A stretch of DNA of 41,792 bases from Candidatus Woesearchaeota archaeon (GCA_964432435.1 CAYSNL010000004.1:1-41792), one strand, 5' to 3'; positions 8,810 through 17,709 are shown, numbered from the stretch's first letter. Numbers and translations are program-made. The notes: a model not told the origin generated them from the sequence alone.

Positions 8810-10099
8810 ATGAGCCAATATCTCGATTTTGTTAATTTTAAATATAAACCTAAGAAAAATGATATAACTTGTTTATTTAGAGTTGAACCTGCTAAAGGTA
8901 TTTCTATGAAAGAAGCAATTGCAAGGGTTGCTTCTGAGAGCTCTTCTGGAACTTGGACTAAGCTAACGCAAGAACCAAGATTGTTAAGCAAAGTGAAAGC
9001 TTATGCATTTGATTGTAACAAAGAATATGTGAAAGTTGCTTACCCTAGGATTATTACTGAAGATGGGTCTGTTCCTGGTTTAATGTCTGGAATTGGCGGA
9101 AACATTTTTGGAATGAAAGCTGTGAAAAATTTAAAATTGTTAGATGCTGAACTCCCATTAGATTATGTGAAATATTTTAAAGGTTGTGTTTATGGAAGAG
9201 AGGCTATTAAAAAAATATTCAAAAGAAAAAATGGTCCTATAACTTCTGTAGTTCCTAAACCAAAACTAGGATATACTGCTAGACAACATGCAGAAAAAGT
9301 AGCTTATCCTGTTTGGAAAGGTGGGATAGATTGTGTTAAAGACGATGAAAATTTAACTAGTCAAAAATTTAATAAATTTGAAGAGAGAGTTAAATTACTT
9401 TCAAAATTTAGGGATAAGGCTGAAAAAGAAACTGGTGATGTGAAAGATGCTTTTATTAATGTAACTTCTCCAAACTTAAAAGAACTTGAGAGAAGAGTGA
9501 AGATCATTTATGAACATGATTTTAAGTATTTTATGTTGGATGTTGTTGTTTCTGGATTTACTGCGGTTGGAACTGCTTGTGAACTTGCTCATGATTACAA
9601 AATGGCTATTCATGGTCATAGGGCAATGCATGCGATGTTTACAAAAAATCCAAGACATGGCATGAGTATGCTATTTTTATCTAAACTATTAAGATTGATT
9701 GGAATAGATCAAATACATACTGGAACCGTGATTGGAAAATTAGAAGGGAATGAAAGAGAGATTATAGCTATGAAAGAAATGTTAACTGAAAAAGAAGTTT
9801 CTGAGATTAAGAATCTAAGATTAAAACAAAAATGGGGGAAAATTAAGCCAGCTTTACCTGTTGCTAGTGGCGGATTACATGCAGGTTTACTGCCAGATAT
9901 TTTTAAGATTTACGGAACAACTGATATAGTCATTCAAGTAGGTGGTGGAACTTTAGCACTGGGTCCCTTTGATGGTGCTAAATCAATAGTTCAATCAATT
10001 GAAGCATATAACCAAGGAATAAGTTTGAAAGAATATGCTAAAAACCATTTAGAACTTAAAAAAGCCTTAGATAAATTTGGTTATTTAAGACCTATTTGA
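8810..10099 (+). CDS. rbcL: Form III RuBisCO large subunit (III-b-like)
   Basis: All core active-site motifs present: ESSSGTW, GNIFGM, VVPKPK, KDDE (carbamylated Lys), HGHRAMH, HTGTVIGKLEG (loop 6), SGG and GGG. Confidence 0.96.
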   Translation: MSQYLDFVNFKYKPKKNDITCLFRVEPAKGISMKEAIARVASESSSGTWTKLTQEPRLLSKVKAYAFDCNKEYVKVAYPRIITEDGSVPGLMSGIGGNIFGMKAVKNLKLLDAELPLDYVKYFKGCVYGREAIKKIFKRKNGPITSVVPKPKLGYTARQHAEKVAYPVWKGGIDCVKDDENLTSQKFNKFEERVKLLSKFRDKAEKETGDVKDAFINVTSPNLKELERRVKIIYEHDFKYFMLDVVVSGFTAVGTACELAHDYKMAIHGHRAMHAMFTKNPRHGMSMLFLSKLLRLIGIDQIHTGTVIGKLEGNEREIIAMKEMLTEKEVSEIKNLRLKQKWGKIKPALPVASGGLHAGLLPDIFKIYGTTDIVIQVGGGTLALGPFDGAKSIVQSIEAYNQGISLKEYAKNHLELKKALDKFGYLRPI

Positions 10100-11468
10100 T
10101 TTTTTTAAAAACATTCAAAACTTTATATGATTTCATAAGTTTAAAATTTTTTAATGATGTTGTATTCTTTGATGAAATTAAATAATTTACATCTTCATAA
10201 GTCCTAGTGTCGACTCTTGAAACCCCAAATTCAAACCAAACATTCCTTGTTTCATTTATTTTAGAATTACTCTGATATTTATACTCTTGAAAATTTGTTT
10301 TATTATTTAATACTAGTTGAAGATCCTGCCAGCTTATTAGTTCGTTGATGTCTTTTCCCCAGTAAATTAATGAATATTCTAAATATGCATCAGATTGATT
10401 TTCGTTTCCCGCAAAGAAAGTTTCATGAGGGAAATCTTTTGCTATCTGGTTTAAATCTTGTTGAATTAATTTTTCAGAATTATCTGCAAAACTTGGAGAT
10501 AACAAGAAAATTATTAGAATTATCGAGATTGTTGAATTTATGATTAATTCTTTTTTTGTAATAACTTTAGTTAACAATAAAACAGCAATAGGTGCTAAAA
10601 TTAAAACATACCTTAATTGATTACTTGATGAAAAAAACATTAAGGTTGTTAGTAATAAAAAGATTAATTCTTTTTTATACTCTTTTAAATTTAATTTATA
10701 GATTCTAAATAAAAATGGTGAAATAATTACTAAATACAAAACATAGTTTATTATCGGGTTTGTAATATATGTATAGTTTCCTTGTCTCAAATAAACAAGG
10801 AGTGAACCGCCAAAAAATCTGAATAAAGAAAAGAAAGGGAAGTTGAATAAGGAATAATCTACTATTAATCTTATTGAAAAAGCGATTAAGTAAAACAAAG
10901 CAAAGAATAGACTTTCCTTTAAAGTTCTATTAAAGAAAAAAACTATAATAAAAATGATTGAAATTGGGATCATAGAGTCCCATAATATTGATGATAGACC
11001 TAAGGGTAAAGAGGAATAGACTAAATACTTCAATTTTTCTTTTGATTCATACTCTTTTATGAATTTATATGAAAGTAATAATAGGAAAGCAGAAGGTAAT
11101 ATTGGGCTTATCTGAGGGATCATATACCAGACAATTGGCGATAATACCCAAAGAAATAATGATTTTTTATCTTTTGTTATATTATACAATAATAAAGCTG
11201 TAAACACCAAGAAAGAACTATTTACTAATCTAGCAAAAAATAATGATGGATATATTTTTAAAAATTGAGCTAAAAATAGACCATAAACCCATGAGTGCGT
11301 GCTTCTTATATGAGAAACTATATTATTTGAGAAGTATTTTGCTACAGCTAAATAATCACCTACATCAGTAAATAGGACTTTTTTTAATAATATATCTAAT
11401 ATTACTACAGCTAGTGAAAACCCTAGTATTATCAAGATTATGCCTTTGTTTTTAATTTTTTGGATCAA
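10092..11468 (-). CDS. Multi-pass membrane protein, probable GT-C fold glycosyltransferase
   Basis: About 10-11 TM segments; first loop TDVGDY, late NQLRYVL motif and soluble C-terminal domain. Divergent from the methyltransferase-asnB-GT2 operon; TTG start. Confidence 0.6.
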   Translation of the reverse strand: MIQKIKNKGIILIILGFSLAVVILDILLKKVLFTDVGDYLAVAKYFSNNIVSHIRSTHSWVYGLFLAQFLKIYPSLFFARLVNSSFLVFTALLLYNITKDKKSLFLWVLSPIVWYMIPQISPILPSAFLLLLSYKFIKEYESKEKLKYLVYSSLPLGLSSILWDSMIPISIIFIIVFFFNRTLKESLFFALFYLIAFSIRLIVDYSLFNFPFFSLFRFFGGSLLVYLRQGNYTYITNPIINYVLYLVIISPFLFRIYKLNLKEYKKELIFLLLTTLMFFSSSNQLRYVLILAPIAVLLLTKVITKKELIINSTISIILIIFLLSPSFADNSEKLIQQDLNQIAKDFPHETFFAGNENQSDAYLEYSLIYWGKDINELISWQDLQLVLNNKTNFQEYKYQSNSKINETRNVWFEFGVSRVDTRTYEDVNYLISSKNTTSLKNFKLMKSYKVLNVFKKIK

Positions 11469-11523
11469 TTTGATAAAATATGGTTTAAAAAGGTTTAAAA
11501 GGTTTTAGGATACTGGGGGCATT

Positions 11524-12258
11524 ATGGATATAGAAAACTATAAACTATTGAATGAAAGGGTTTCATATAATTGGTATAATGTTTCTAGGGGGTTTTTAAT
11601 TAAAAAATTAGTAAAACAACTAAAAATTAGGTTTGAAAGTCCATTAGATGTTGGTTGTAATGTAGGACAAAATTCATTCATTTTAAAAGGATTAAGTGAA
11701 TCAAATAAAGTTATAGGCATTGATTTCATGGAAGAAGCAATTAAAATTTGTAAAAGTAAGTGGATTGAATGTTATAAATCTGATATTGAAAAAAAAGAAA
11801 CATTGCCAAAAGGAAGTTTTGATTTTATTTTATTATCTGACGTCTTAGAGCATACTCAAAATGACGATTTGGCTATAAAAAATTCAATTTCTTTATTACA
11901 AAGAAAGGGATATATTTTTATTGTAGTGCCTGTTTTTAATTTTTTATGGGGGGATATTGATTATAGTTCTCATCACAAAAGAAGATATACAAAAAGTTCA
12001 ATAATAAACCTTTTAAAGAAAAATAATTTAAAAATAGAGTATGTAAATTATTGTAATTTTTTTGCATTTTTTCCAGATTTAGTTTTAACCTTTTTTCAGA
12101 GATTAATGTATAAAGAAGATAAAAAGGTCTCAATTGGAACAGGCCCTAAGCTTTTAAATGGTTTGTTTTTATTAATTGCTAAATTAGAAATAATTTTGAT
12201 GAGTTTTATGAAATATCCGTTTGGAGTTGAAATAGTAGTAATTGCACAAAAAGAGTAG
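11524..12258 (+). CDS. Class I SAM-dependent methyltransferase (type 11, glycan-cluster type)
   Basis: LDVGCNVG, GIDF, FDFILLSDVLEH, GYIFIVVP and HHKRRYTK motifs. Confidence 0.88.
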   Translation: MDIENYKLLNERVSYNWYNVSRGFLIKKLVKQLKIRFESPLDVGCNVGQNSFILKGLSESNKVIGIDFMEEAIKICKSKWIECYKSDIEKKETLPKGSFDFILLSDVLEHTQNDDLAIKNSISLLQRKGYIFIVVPVFNFLWGDIDYSSHHKRRYTKSSIINLLKKNNLKIEYVNYCNFFAFFPDLVLTFFQRLMYKEDKKVSIGTGPKLLNGLFLLIAKLEIILMSFMKYPFGVEIVVIAQKE

Positions 12259-12267
12259 GGGGTAAAA

Positions 12268-14190
12268 TTGTGCGGTATAACAGGTATAATTGGAAGAGAA
12301 GATAAAGAATTGGTTAAAGAGATGACTGATTTACTCTCCCACAGAGGACCTGATAACCATGGTTTTTTTAATGATAAAGATGTAAGCCTAGGTCATAGAA
12401 GATTAAGCATAATTGATTTAAGTGAGAAAGGAAAACAACCTTTGTTTAATGAAAATAAAGACGTATTAGTTATTTGCAATGGCGAAATATATAATTACCT
12501 TGAATTGAGAAAAGAATTAGAAAAACAAGGACATAGATTTTATTCAAATTCTGATTCTGAAGTTCTGGTCCATTTATATGAAGAGTATGGAGAAGAATTT
12601 TTATCAAAATTGATTGGGATGTTTACTTTTTGTTTATGGGATATCAAGAATAAAAAAGGTATGATTGTTAGGGATAGACTTGGGATTAAACCATTGTATT
12701 ATCATTATAAAAATGGAGTTTTAATGTTTGCTTCTGAGATTAAATCTTTGTTAATTGATAAAGAGATAAGCAAAGAATTAGATTTACAAGCATTGAGTTA
12801 TTACTTATCCTTAAGGTTTATCCCAGGACCAAAGACAATTATTAAAGAAATAAATAAACTTCAGCCAGGGCATTATATAAGATACGAAAAAAAAGAAATT
12901 AAAATTGTAAAATATTGGGATTTTAGTTTTAGTGAAGAAAGGAATGATATTAATCGTTTAAGCAAAGAACTTTATGAATTATTGGAAGATAGCGTTAAAA
13001 AAAGATTGATAAGTGATGTTCCTGTTGGGGTATTTTTATCTGGAGGAATAGATTCTAGTACTATAGTTCAAATAGCAAGCAGTTTAAAAAAAGAACCCGT
13101 TTCTACATTTTCTGTTGGTTTTGGAAACGAAAAAGATTTAGAAAATGCTAGACTAGTTTCTAATGCTTTTAATACTGATCATACTGAAATTATTATAGAA
13201 CCCAATTCAATAGAGTTATTACCTAAAGTTGTCTGGCATTTTGATGAACCTTTAGCTGATCCTGCCGCGATTCCAACTTATGTTCTATCTGAGAAATCAA
13301 AGAAAAAAGCTACTGTTTGCCTAGTTGGAGAGGGTGCTGACGAAGTTTTTGGTGGTTATGAACAATATAAAATAATGAAACTAGGAAAAAATATTGGTTC
13401 TAAAACTCCTTTGTTTTTTAGAAAAATTATGCTGTCTCTTGCAAAAAATGCACCTAGTGTTTTGTTAAATAAATTCTTTAAGTATAGTGAAAGTTTGGGT
13501 GAAAGAGGAATTGAAAGATTTGGAAGGTATCTTGAAAATTTAAATGATGACACTTTATCCTACCTGAATTTAGTAACTTTATTTGATAAAGATGATTTAA
13601 ATGAATTTGGAAATGAAAAAATAAATATGTATTATCAAGATTTAATAAAAGATTTTAGATTTCATTTTAATGATAATAACAGTTTATTGAACAGAACTCT
13701 TAAATGTGAAATAAAAATTCCATTATGTGACAATCTATTGATGAAAGTTGATAAAATGACCATGGCTCATGCTGTTGAAGCGAGAGTTCCTTTTTTAGAT
13801 CATAGGATGGTTGAATTTATGGCTAAAATCAATAATAATCTAAAATTAAAAGGATTAAAAGATAAGTATTTACTAAGAAAAGCTATGATCAATAAATTAC
13901 CAAAGGGGATAGTATACGCTAAAAAGGAGAGATTTTTTGTTCCAATAGATGGTTGGATTAACAAGGATTTAAAAGAATTAACTAACCAAATTTTAGAAAA
14001 TTCTGTTTTAGTGAAAAAAGGACTTGGAAAAAAGAATTATTTTGAAAAGATGCTAAAATTTAGAGATAAATCTAAACTGTATTATGCAAGACAAATGTGG
14101 AGTATCTTAAATTTTGAACTTTGGCATAGAATATTTATTGATAATGAAAATATTAATAAAGCAAGGCTAAGGCTTGATTACTTGATTTAA
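12268..14190 (+). CDS. asnB: Asparagine synthase (glutamine-hydrolysing)-family amidotransferase
   Basis: N-terminal MCGI (Ntn nucleophile), HRGPD, GHRRLSIID, NGEIYN, RDRLGIKPLYY, LSGGIDSS, GEGADEVFGGY and RVPFLD. TTG start with a GGGGT SD. Confidence 0.95.
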   Translation: MCGITGIIGREDKELVKEMTDLLSHRGPDNHGFFNDKDVSLGHRRLSIIDLSEKGKQPLFNENKDVLVICNGEIYNYLELRKELEKQGHRFYSNSDSEVLVHLYEEYGEEFLSKLIGMFTFCLWDIKNKKGMIVRDRLGIKPLYYHYKNGVLMFASEIKSLLIDKEISKELDLQALSYYLSLRFIPGPKTIIKEINKLQPGHYIRYEKKEIKIVKYWDFSFSEERNDINRLSKELYELLEDSVKKRLISDVPVGVFLSGGIDSSTIVQIASSLKKEPVSTFSVGFGNEKDLENARLVSNAFNTDHTEIIIEPNSIELLPKVVWHFDEPLADPAAIPTYVLSEKSKKKATVCLVGEGADEVFGGYEQYKIMKLGKNIGSKTPLFFRKIMLSLAKNAPSVLLNKFFKYSESLGERGIERFGRYLENLNDDTLSYLNLVTLFDKDDLNEFGNEKINMYYQDLIKDFRFHFNDNNSLLNRTLKCEIKIPLCDNLLMKVDKMTMAHAVEARVPFLDHRMVEFMAKINNNLKLKGLKDKYLLRKAMINKLPKGIVYAKKERFFVPIDGWINKDLKELTNQILENSVLVKKGLGKKNYFEKMLKFRDKSKLYYARQMWSILNFELWHRIFIDNENINKARLRLDYLI

Positions 14191-15129
14191 ATGGAAACTG
14201 ATATTTCAGTCATTATAGCGGCTTATAATGAACAGGATAATATAGGACCTTTGTATAGAGAGTTAATGGGTGTTTTAGAAAAGATAACTAATTCTTTCGA
14301 GATTATATTCGTTGATGATGGTAGCAAAGATAATACCTTTGTTATATTAAAAAAACTTCATGATGAAGACAATAGGGTTAAAGTTATAAGGTTTAGCAGA
14401 AATTCTGGACAAACTGCAGCATGGAGGGCAGGTTTTAAATATTTTAATGGCAAGATTGCTATAACTATGGATGCTGACTTGCAAAACGATCCTAAAGACA
14501 TACCATTATTATTGAATGAACTAAAAAGAGGCTATGATGTAGTTTCAGGATGGAGATGGAATAGGAAGGATAAATTTAGTAAAAAAATATATTCAAAAAT
14601 TGCAAACTTTGTTAGAAGATCTTTAGTTAAGGAAAAGATACATGATGCAGGTTGCTCTTTAAAAATTTATAAAAGAGAAACTGTAAAAGATTTAAATATT
14701 TTTGGTGAGATGCACAGATATATAACAACTATTTTATTGTTAGGAGGTTTTAAAATTGGTGAAATTAAAGTTAACCATCGGGAGAGAATTAGGGGAAAAA
14801 CTAAATATGGTACTGCAAGATTATTTAAGGGTTTTTTAGATTTATTATATATAAAATTTTGGTCAAGTTATTCTAATCGGCCTTTACATTTTTTTGGTGG
14901 ATTAGGATTTGTTCAATATTTTTTGGCATTATTAATTTTAGTAGAACAAATTATTAAATCTGTTATATTAGGGACATTTGCTGTAGGACCTTTATTAATA
15001 CTAATTGTTTTATTAATCATTACTGGTAGCTTATCGATTATGTTTGGTTTTCTTAGTGAAATATTAACAAGGGTATATTTCAAAGCTTATGAAGAAGATA
15101 ATTTGAATATTAAGGAGATGCTGTTTTGA
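14191..15129 (+). CDS. Family 2 glycosyltransferase with C-terminal TM hairpin (ArnC/GtrB-like)
   Basis: IIAAYNEQ, VDDGSKD, RNSGQTAA, MDADLQNDPKDIP, DAGCSLK and GEMHRYI motifs plus two C-terminal TM helices. Confidence 0.92.
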   Translation: METDISVIIAAYNEQDNIGPLYRELMGVLEKITNSFEIIFVDDGSKDNTFVILKKLHDEDNRVKVIRFSRNSGQTAAWRAGFKYFNGKIAITMDADLQNDPKDIPLLLNELKRGYDVVSGWRWNRKDKFSKKIYSKIANFVRRSLVKEKIHDAGCSLKIYKRETVKDLNIFGEMHRYITTILLLGGFKIGEIKVNHRERIRGKTKYGTARLFKGFLDLLYIKFWSSYSNRPLHFFGGLGFVQYFLALLILVEQIIKSVILGTFAVGPLLILIVLLIITGSLSIMFGFLSEILTRVYFKAYEEDNLNIKEMLF

Positions 15130-15200
15130 AAATAATATTTGGATATATAGTTTAATTCATCAATATATTTATAAATATTAAGCATTTTAAAGTAGTAACT

Positions 15201-15395
15201 ATGGAGTATGAAATCAAAGACGGGAAAGGTAAAGTGAAAAGATATGAAGTTAGTTATAGTCAAGTATTGCAACAAAAAACAAATAATTTGTTAACTGCTT
15301 TGATTATCCTATTATTTGTACTTTTATTAATTATTGGATTTACATTATATATGATAGATGCGTTAAATATACCAACAAGACTAATAGGCAGTTAA
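15201..15395 (+). CDS. Small single-pass membrane protein (64 aa), unknown function
   Basis: ORF with one TM helix, preceded about 26 nt upstream by TTTATAAA (15168-15175). Confidence 0.65.
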   Translation: MEYEIKDGKGKVKRYEVSYSQVLQQKTNNLLTALIILLFVLLLIIGFTLYMIDALNIPTRLIGS

Positions 15396-15464
15396 CGGTA
15401 TTAGTCAAATAATCCTCCGAAAGTTTTTTAAATAATGAAACTGTATAGATTTATAGATTTTAAA

Positions 15465-15471
15465 GGAGGTG
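15465..15471 (+). promoter_or_regulatory. Shine-Dalgarno GGAGGTG for the first array gene
   Basis: GGAGGTG 5 nt upstream of the ATG at 15477. Similar SD sites precede 15914 (AGGTGA), 16376 (AGGAGG) and 17236 (GAGGTGA). Confidence 0.7.
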
Positions 15472-15476
15472 TGTTA

Positions 15477-15908
15477 ATGCAACAAGAGAATAAAATACTA
15501 TTAAGTGCTATTTTAATTCTCGGGATTGCTATGCTGTCTTCTAGTTTCTTGAGTCTTACAGGTAATGTTGCAAATTGTGTAAAAAGTAATGCTGTTACCT
15601 CTCCTAATGAGATTAATAGTGGCGAAACTGTTACGATCAAAGCTAGTGGTGGGGATGGTTTTTATGAAGAAGCAAGAGTTTACAAAAGGGGTCTAGATAG
15701 AAATGGTAAAGTACGTGACTCTAGGATAAGTCAAGCTATAATGGGTGCTTGTGGTGGTAAATACAGATGTAAAGAAGGCGAATTTATAATACAAACTTTT
15801 TCTTCTGATGTTAATAACGCATGGATTAGTAATCAAGATTATGTTGTTAAATTAAAAGATGTATGTACTGGAGACTTCACAATTGAGGCTCCTTTTAGGA
15901 TAAGGTGA
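15477..15908 (+). CDS. Membrane-anchored Ig-like surface protein, array paralog 1
   Basis: N-terminal TM, LTGNVA motif, SP..I..GETVTI strand, Cys pair CGGKYRC and W..xDYVVK. Start moved to 15477 on SD evidence. Confidence 0.75.
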   Translation: MQQENKILLSAILILGIAMLSSSFLSLTGNVANCVKSNAVTSPNEINSGETVTIKASGGDGFYEEARVYKRGLDRNGKVRDSRISQAIMGACGGKYRCKEGEFIIQTFSSDVNNAWISNQDYVVKLKDVCTGDFTIEAPFRIR

Positions 15909-15913
15909 TAAAT

Positions 15914-16360
15914 ATGAATGAAAGAAAAACAATGTTTTTGGCGGTTGGTATATTGCTAGTGGCTATGTTGGCTAGTAGTTTTAGAGCTCCATTATCTGGA
16001 TATCAGATTAAAGATAGTGGTGGAACTGTAATTGATGTTAGTCCTAACCCTGTAGGACGAAATCAAATTATTGAAGTGACTGTTTATCCTGGTCCTAGTG
16101 GTGTAAAAAATGAATGGATGTGGATAGAAAGGAATGGGGTAAGAATGCAAGGAACTCTTAAACAAGTATGTCCTCAAGAGGGAACAAAGGAAGCTGTTTG
16201 TTATGATATGTCAAATGTTAAATATTTAGTAGGTACTAATGATAATGCTTGGCCTTCTGATGCTACCTATACAGTAAAAGCAGAGGAAAATGTAGAGTCA
16301 AGATCAGCAGGAGGCATAAGACAAAATGTTTATGCTACAGCAGATTTTAATATAATTTAA
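15914..16360 (+). CDS. Membrane-anchored Ig-like surface protein, array paralog 2
   Basis: N-terminal TM, LSGYQI, VSPNPV..IEVTVYPGPSG, Cys pair and AWPSDATYTVK. Confidence 0.75.
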   Translation: MNERKTMFLAVGILLVAMLASSFRAPLSGYQIKDSGGTVIDVSPNPVGRNQIIEVTVYPGPSGVKNEWMWIERNGVRMQGTLKQVCPQEGTKEAVCYDMSNVKYLVGTNDNAWPSDATYTVKAEENVESRSAGGIRQNVYATADFNII

Positions 16361-16375
16361 AGGAGGTTTAAATTT

Positions 16376-16816
16376 ATGGAACAAAATAATAAAACACTTT
16401 TGATTGCAGTATTAATAATTTTGTTAGCTTTGGTAGCTTTTAACTTTAATAAGATCAGTGGTAAGGTTGTAGATGATGGAAGTGATGTTAGTGTTGTAGT
16501 TTCTCCTTCATTGGTTACTTTTAGTGGAAATGAAGTCGTGAAACAAGTTACTGTAACCGTTGATACTGGGTCTGTTGGTGTTGATAACCAATTGGATTTA
16601 TATTCTGTAAAAGAAGGATATACTAATAGAGTTGGGAGTGGAGTAAGTGACAAACTATGCGGCACAAAAAGTATTTGTACTGGTGTAATCAGTAAACAAT
16701 TCCTTATCCCTTCAAGCGTTGATACTGGTGACTATTTAATAAGAGTTGAAAGAGATAATCCTTCATACAACTTTAAAGTAGATTCCAACATAATTACTGT
16801 AAATCATGTTGGTTAA
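16376..16816 (+). CDS. Membrane-anchored Ig-like surface protein, array paralog 3
   Basis: N-terminal TM, ISGKVV, VSPSLV..VTVTVDTGSVG, LCGTKSIC and TGDYLIRV. Confidence 0.75.
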   Translation: MEQNNKTLLIAVLIILLALVAFNFNKISGKVVDDGSDVSVVVSPSLVTFSGNEVVKQVTVTVDTGSVGVDNQLDLYSVKEGYTNRVGSGVSDKLCGTKSICTGVISKQFLIPSSVDTGDYLIRVERDNPSYNFKVDSNIITVNHVG

Positions 16817-16834
16817 TTTTTTATTTTTTTTATT

Positions 16835-17236
16835 ATGGAAAATGAATCAAAAATATTATTGGGTGCAATACTTATAATAGTAATAGCTATTTTTTCTTTT
16901 AATTCTAGTATAACTGGTTTTGGTATGAAAAATGTTTATACCTCCACTATAAAAATAAGTCCTAAGGTAGTTCTGAATAATGATAAAATTTTCATTACAG
17001 TATATCCTGGACCAGAAGGGGCAAATAACAATCTTAATTTTTATAATGCTGAAGATGATTTAAGAAAATCCTCGATTGAACTTTGTGGGGGTGATTATAA
17101 GTGTATGGATGAAACTACTGTTAGTTATTGGATTCCTAATGGATGGAAACCAGGAGTTTACCATGTTAAAGTGTACGATTATGACCGAAAGGATTTTATA
17201 ATTGAAGATTTTACAATTAAGAGAGGTGAAATATAA
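16835..17236 (+). CDS. Membrane-anchored Ig-like surface protein, array paralog 4
   Basis: N-terminal TM, ITGFGM, ISPKVV..FITVYPGPEG, LCGGDYKC and WKPGVYHVKV. Confidence 0.75.
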   Translation: MENESKILLGAILIIVIAIFSFNSSITGFGMKNVYTSTIKISPKVVLNNDKIFITVYPGPEGANNNLNFYNAEDDLRKSSIELCGGDYKCMDETTVSYWIPNGWKPGVYHVKVYDYDRKDFIIEDFTIKRGEI

Positions 17237-17709
17237 TGGATGAAAAAAAAGTGATTTTAGTTAGTCTAATTATACTTTTGATTGGTTTTATTAGTTATAA
17301 GTTTGCACCAGATCTTACTGGGCATTCTGTTGGTAATCAAGCGAGTCTAATTTTTATAGATGAAGATAAAGTAATGGAAGGTGGTACTATAAAAGTTACT
17401 ATAAGACCGGGTAGTAAAGGTATAATAAATGAAGGAGCATATCCTACTTCTCCTGTTTATTTAGATTTGTACAGGGTAAGTAGTGTGGGGGATGGTGAGC
17501 GTACTGCCTATAGGTTAAAAGTTTGCAATCATAACAGGTGTAAGAATAAGGTTACAACCTATTTTAGGGTACATTCTAATATAATTTCTGATTTTTCACC
17601 AACACAAAGGTTTTACTTAAGAGGTATTGATGGTAGTACCGGAAATGAAATTAGAGCTTATTTCTTAGTTGAAAACAATGATAAGATAACTTATGATGCT
17701 CATCGTTAA
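17236..17709 (+). CDS. Membrane-anchored Ig-like surface protein, array paralog 5
   Basis: N-terminal TM, LTGHSV, GGTIKVTIRPGSKG, VCNHNRC and RFYLRGID. Confidence 0.72.
   Translation: MDEKKVILVSLIILLIGFISYKFAPDLTGHSVGNQASLIFIDEDKVMEGGTIKVTIRPGSKGIINEGAYPTSPVYLDLYRVSSVGDGERTAYRLKVCNHNRCKNKVTTYFRVHSNIISDFSPTQRFYLRGIDGSTGNEIRAYFLVENNDKITYDAHR

Noticed and set aside
8810-10099. Interpreting RuBisCO as evidence of Calvin-cycle autotrophy or as a form IV RLP
   Set aside because: No phosphoribulokinase is in the window while AMP phosphorylase and R15P isomerase are, which indicates nucleoside salvage. Intact KDDE, loop-6 Lys and His/Arg motifs argue against an RLP.
15165-15178. Perfect 14-bp palindrome ATATTTATAAATAT, and TATAGATT direct repeats at 15444-15459 (also seen near 22351)
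   Set aside because: These are all-AT or near-AT sequences in a very AT-rich genome, and the palindrome is explained by a TATA box, so chance occurrence is likely.
15477-17709. Calling the five array proteins type IV pilins
   Set aside because: They lack the [KR][KR][GA] cleavage site directly before the hydrophobic helix that the 33193-41752 genes show. The Gly motif lies after the helix instead.
15477-17709. DGR or recombinational cassette-switching as the source of array diversity
   Set aside because: No near-identical template/variable repeat pair, reverse transcriptase, recombinase or conserved DNA crossover sites were seen. Similarity is only at protein level.
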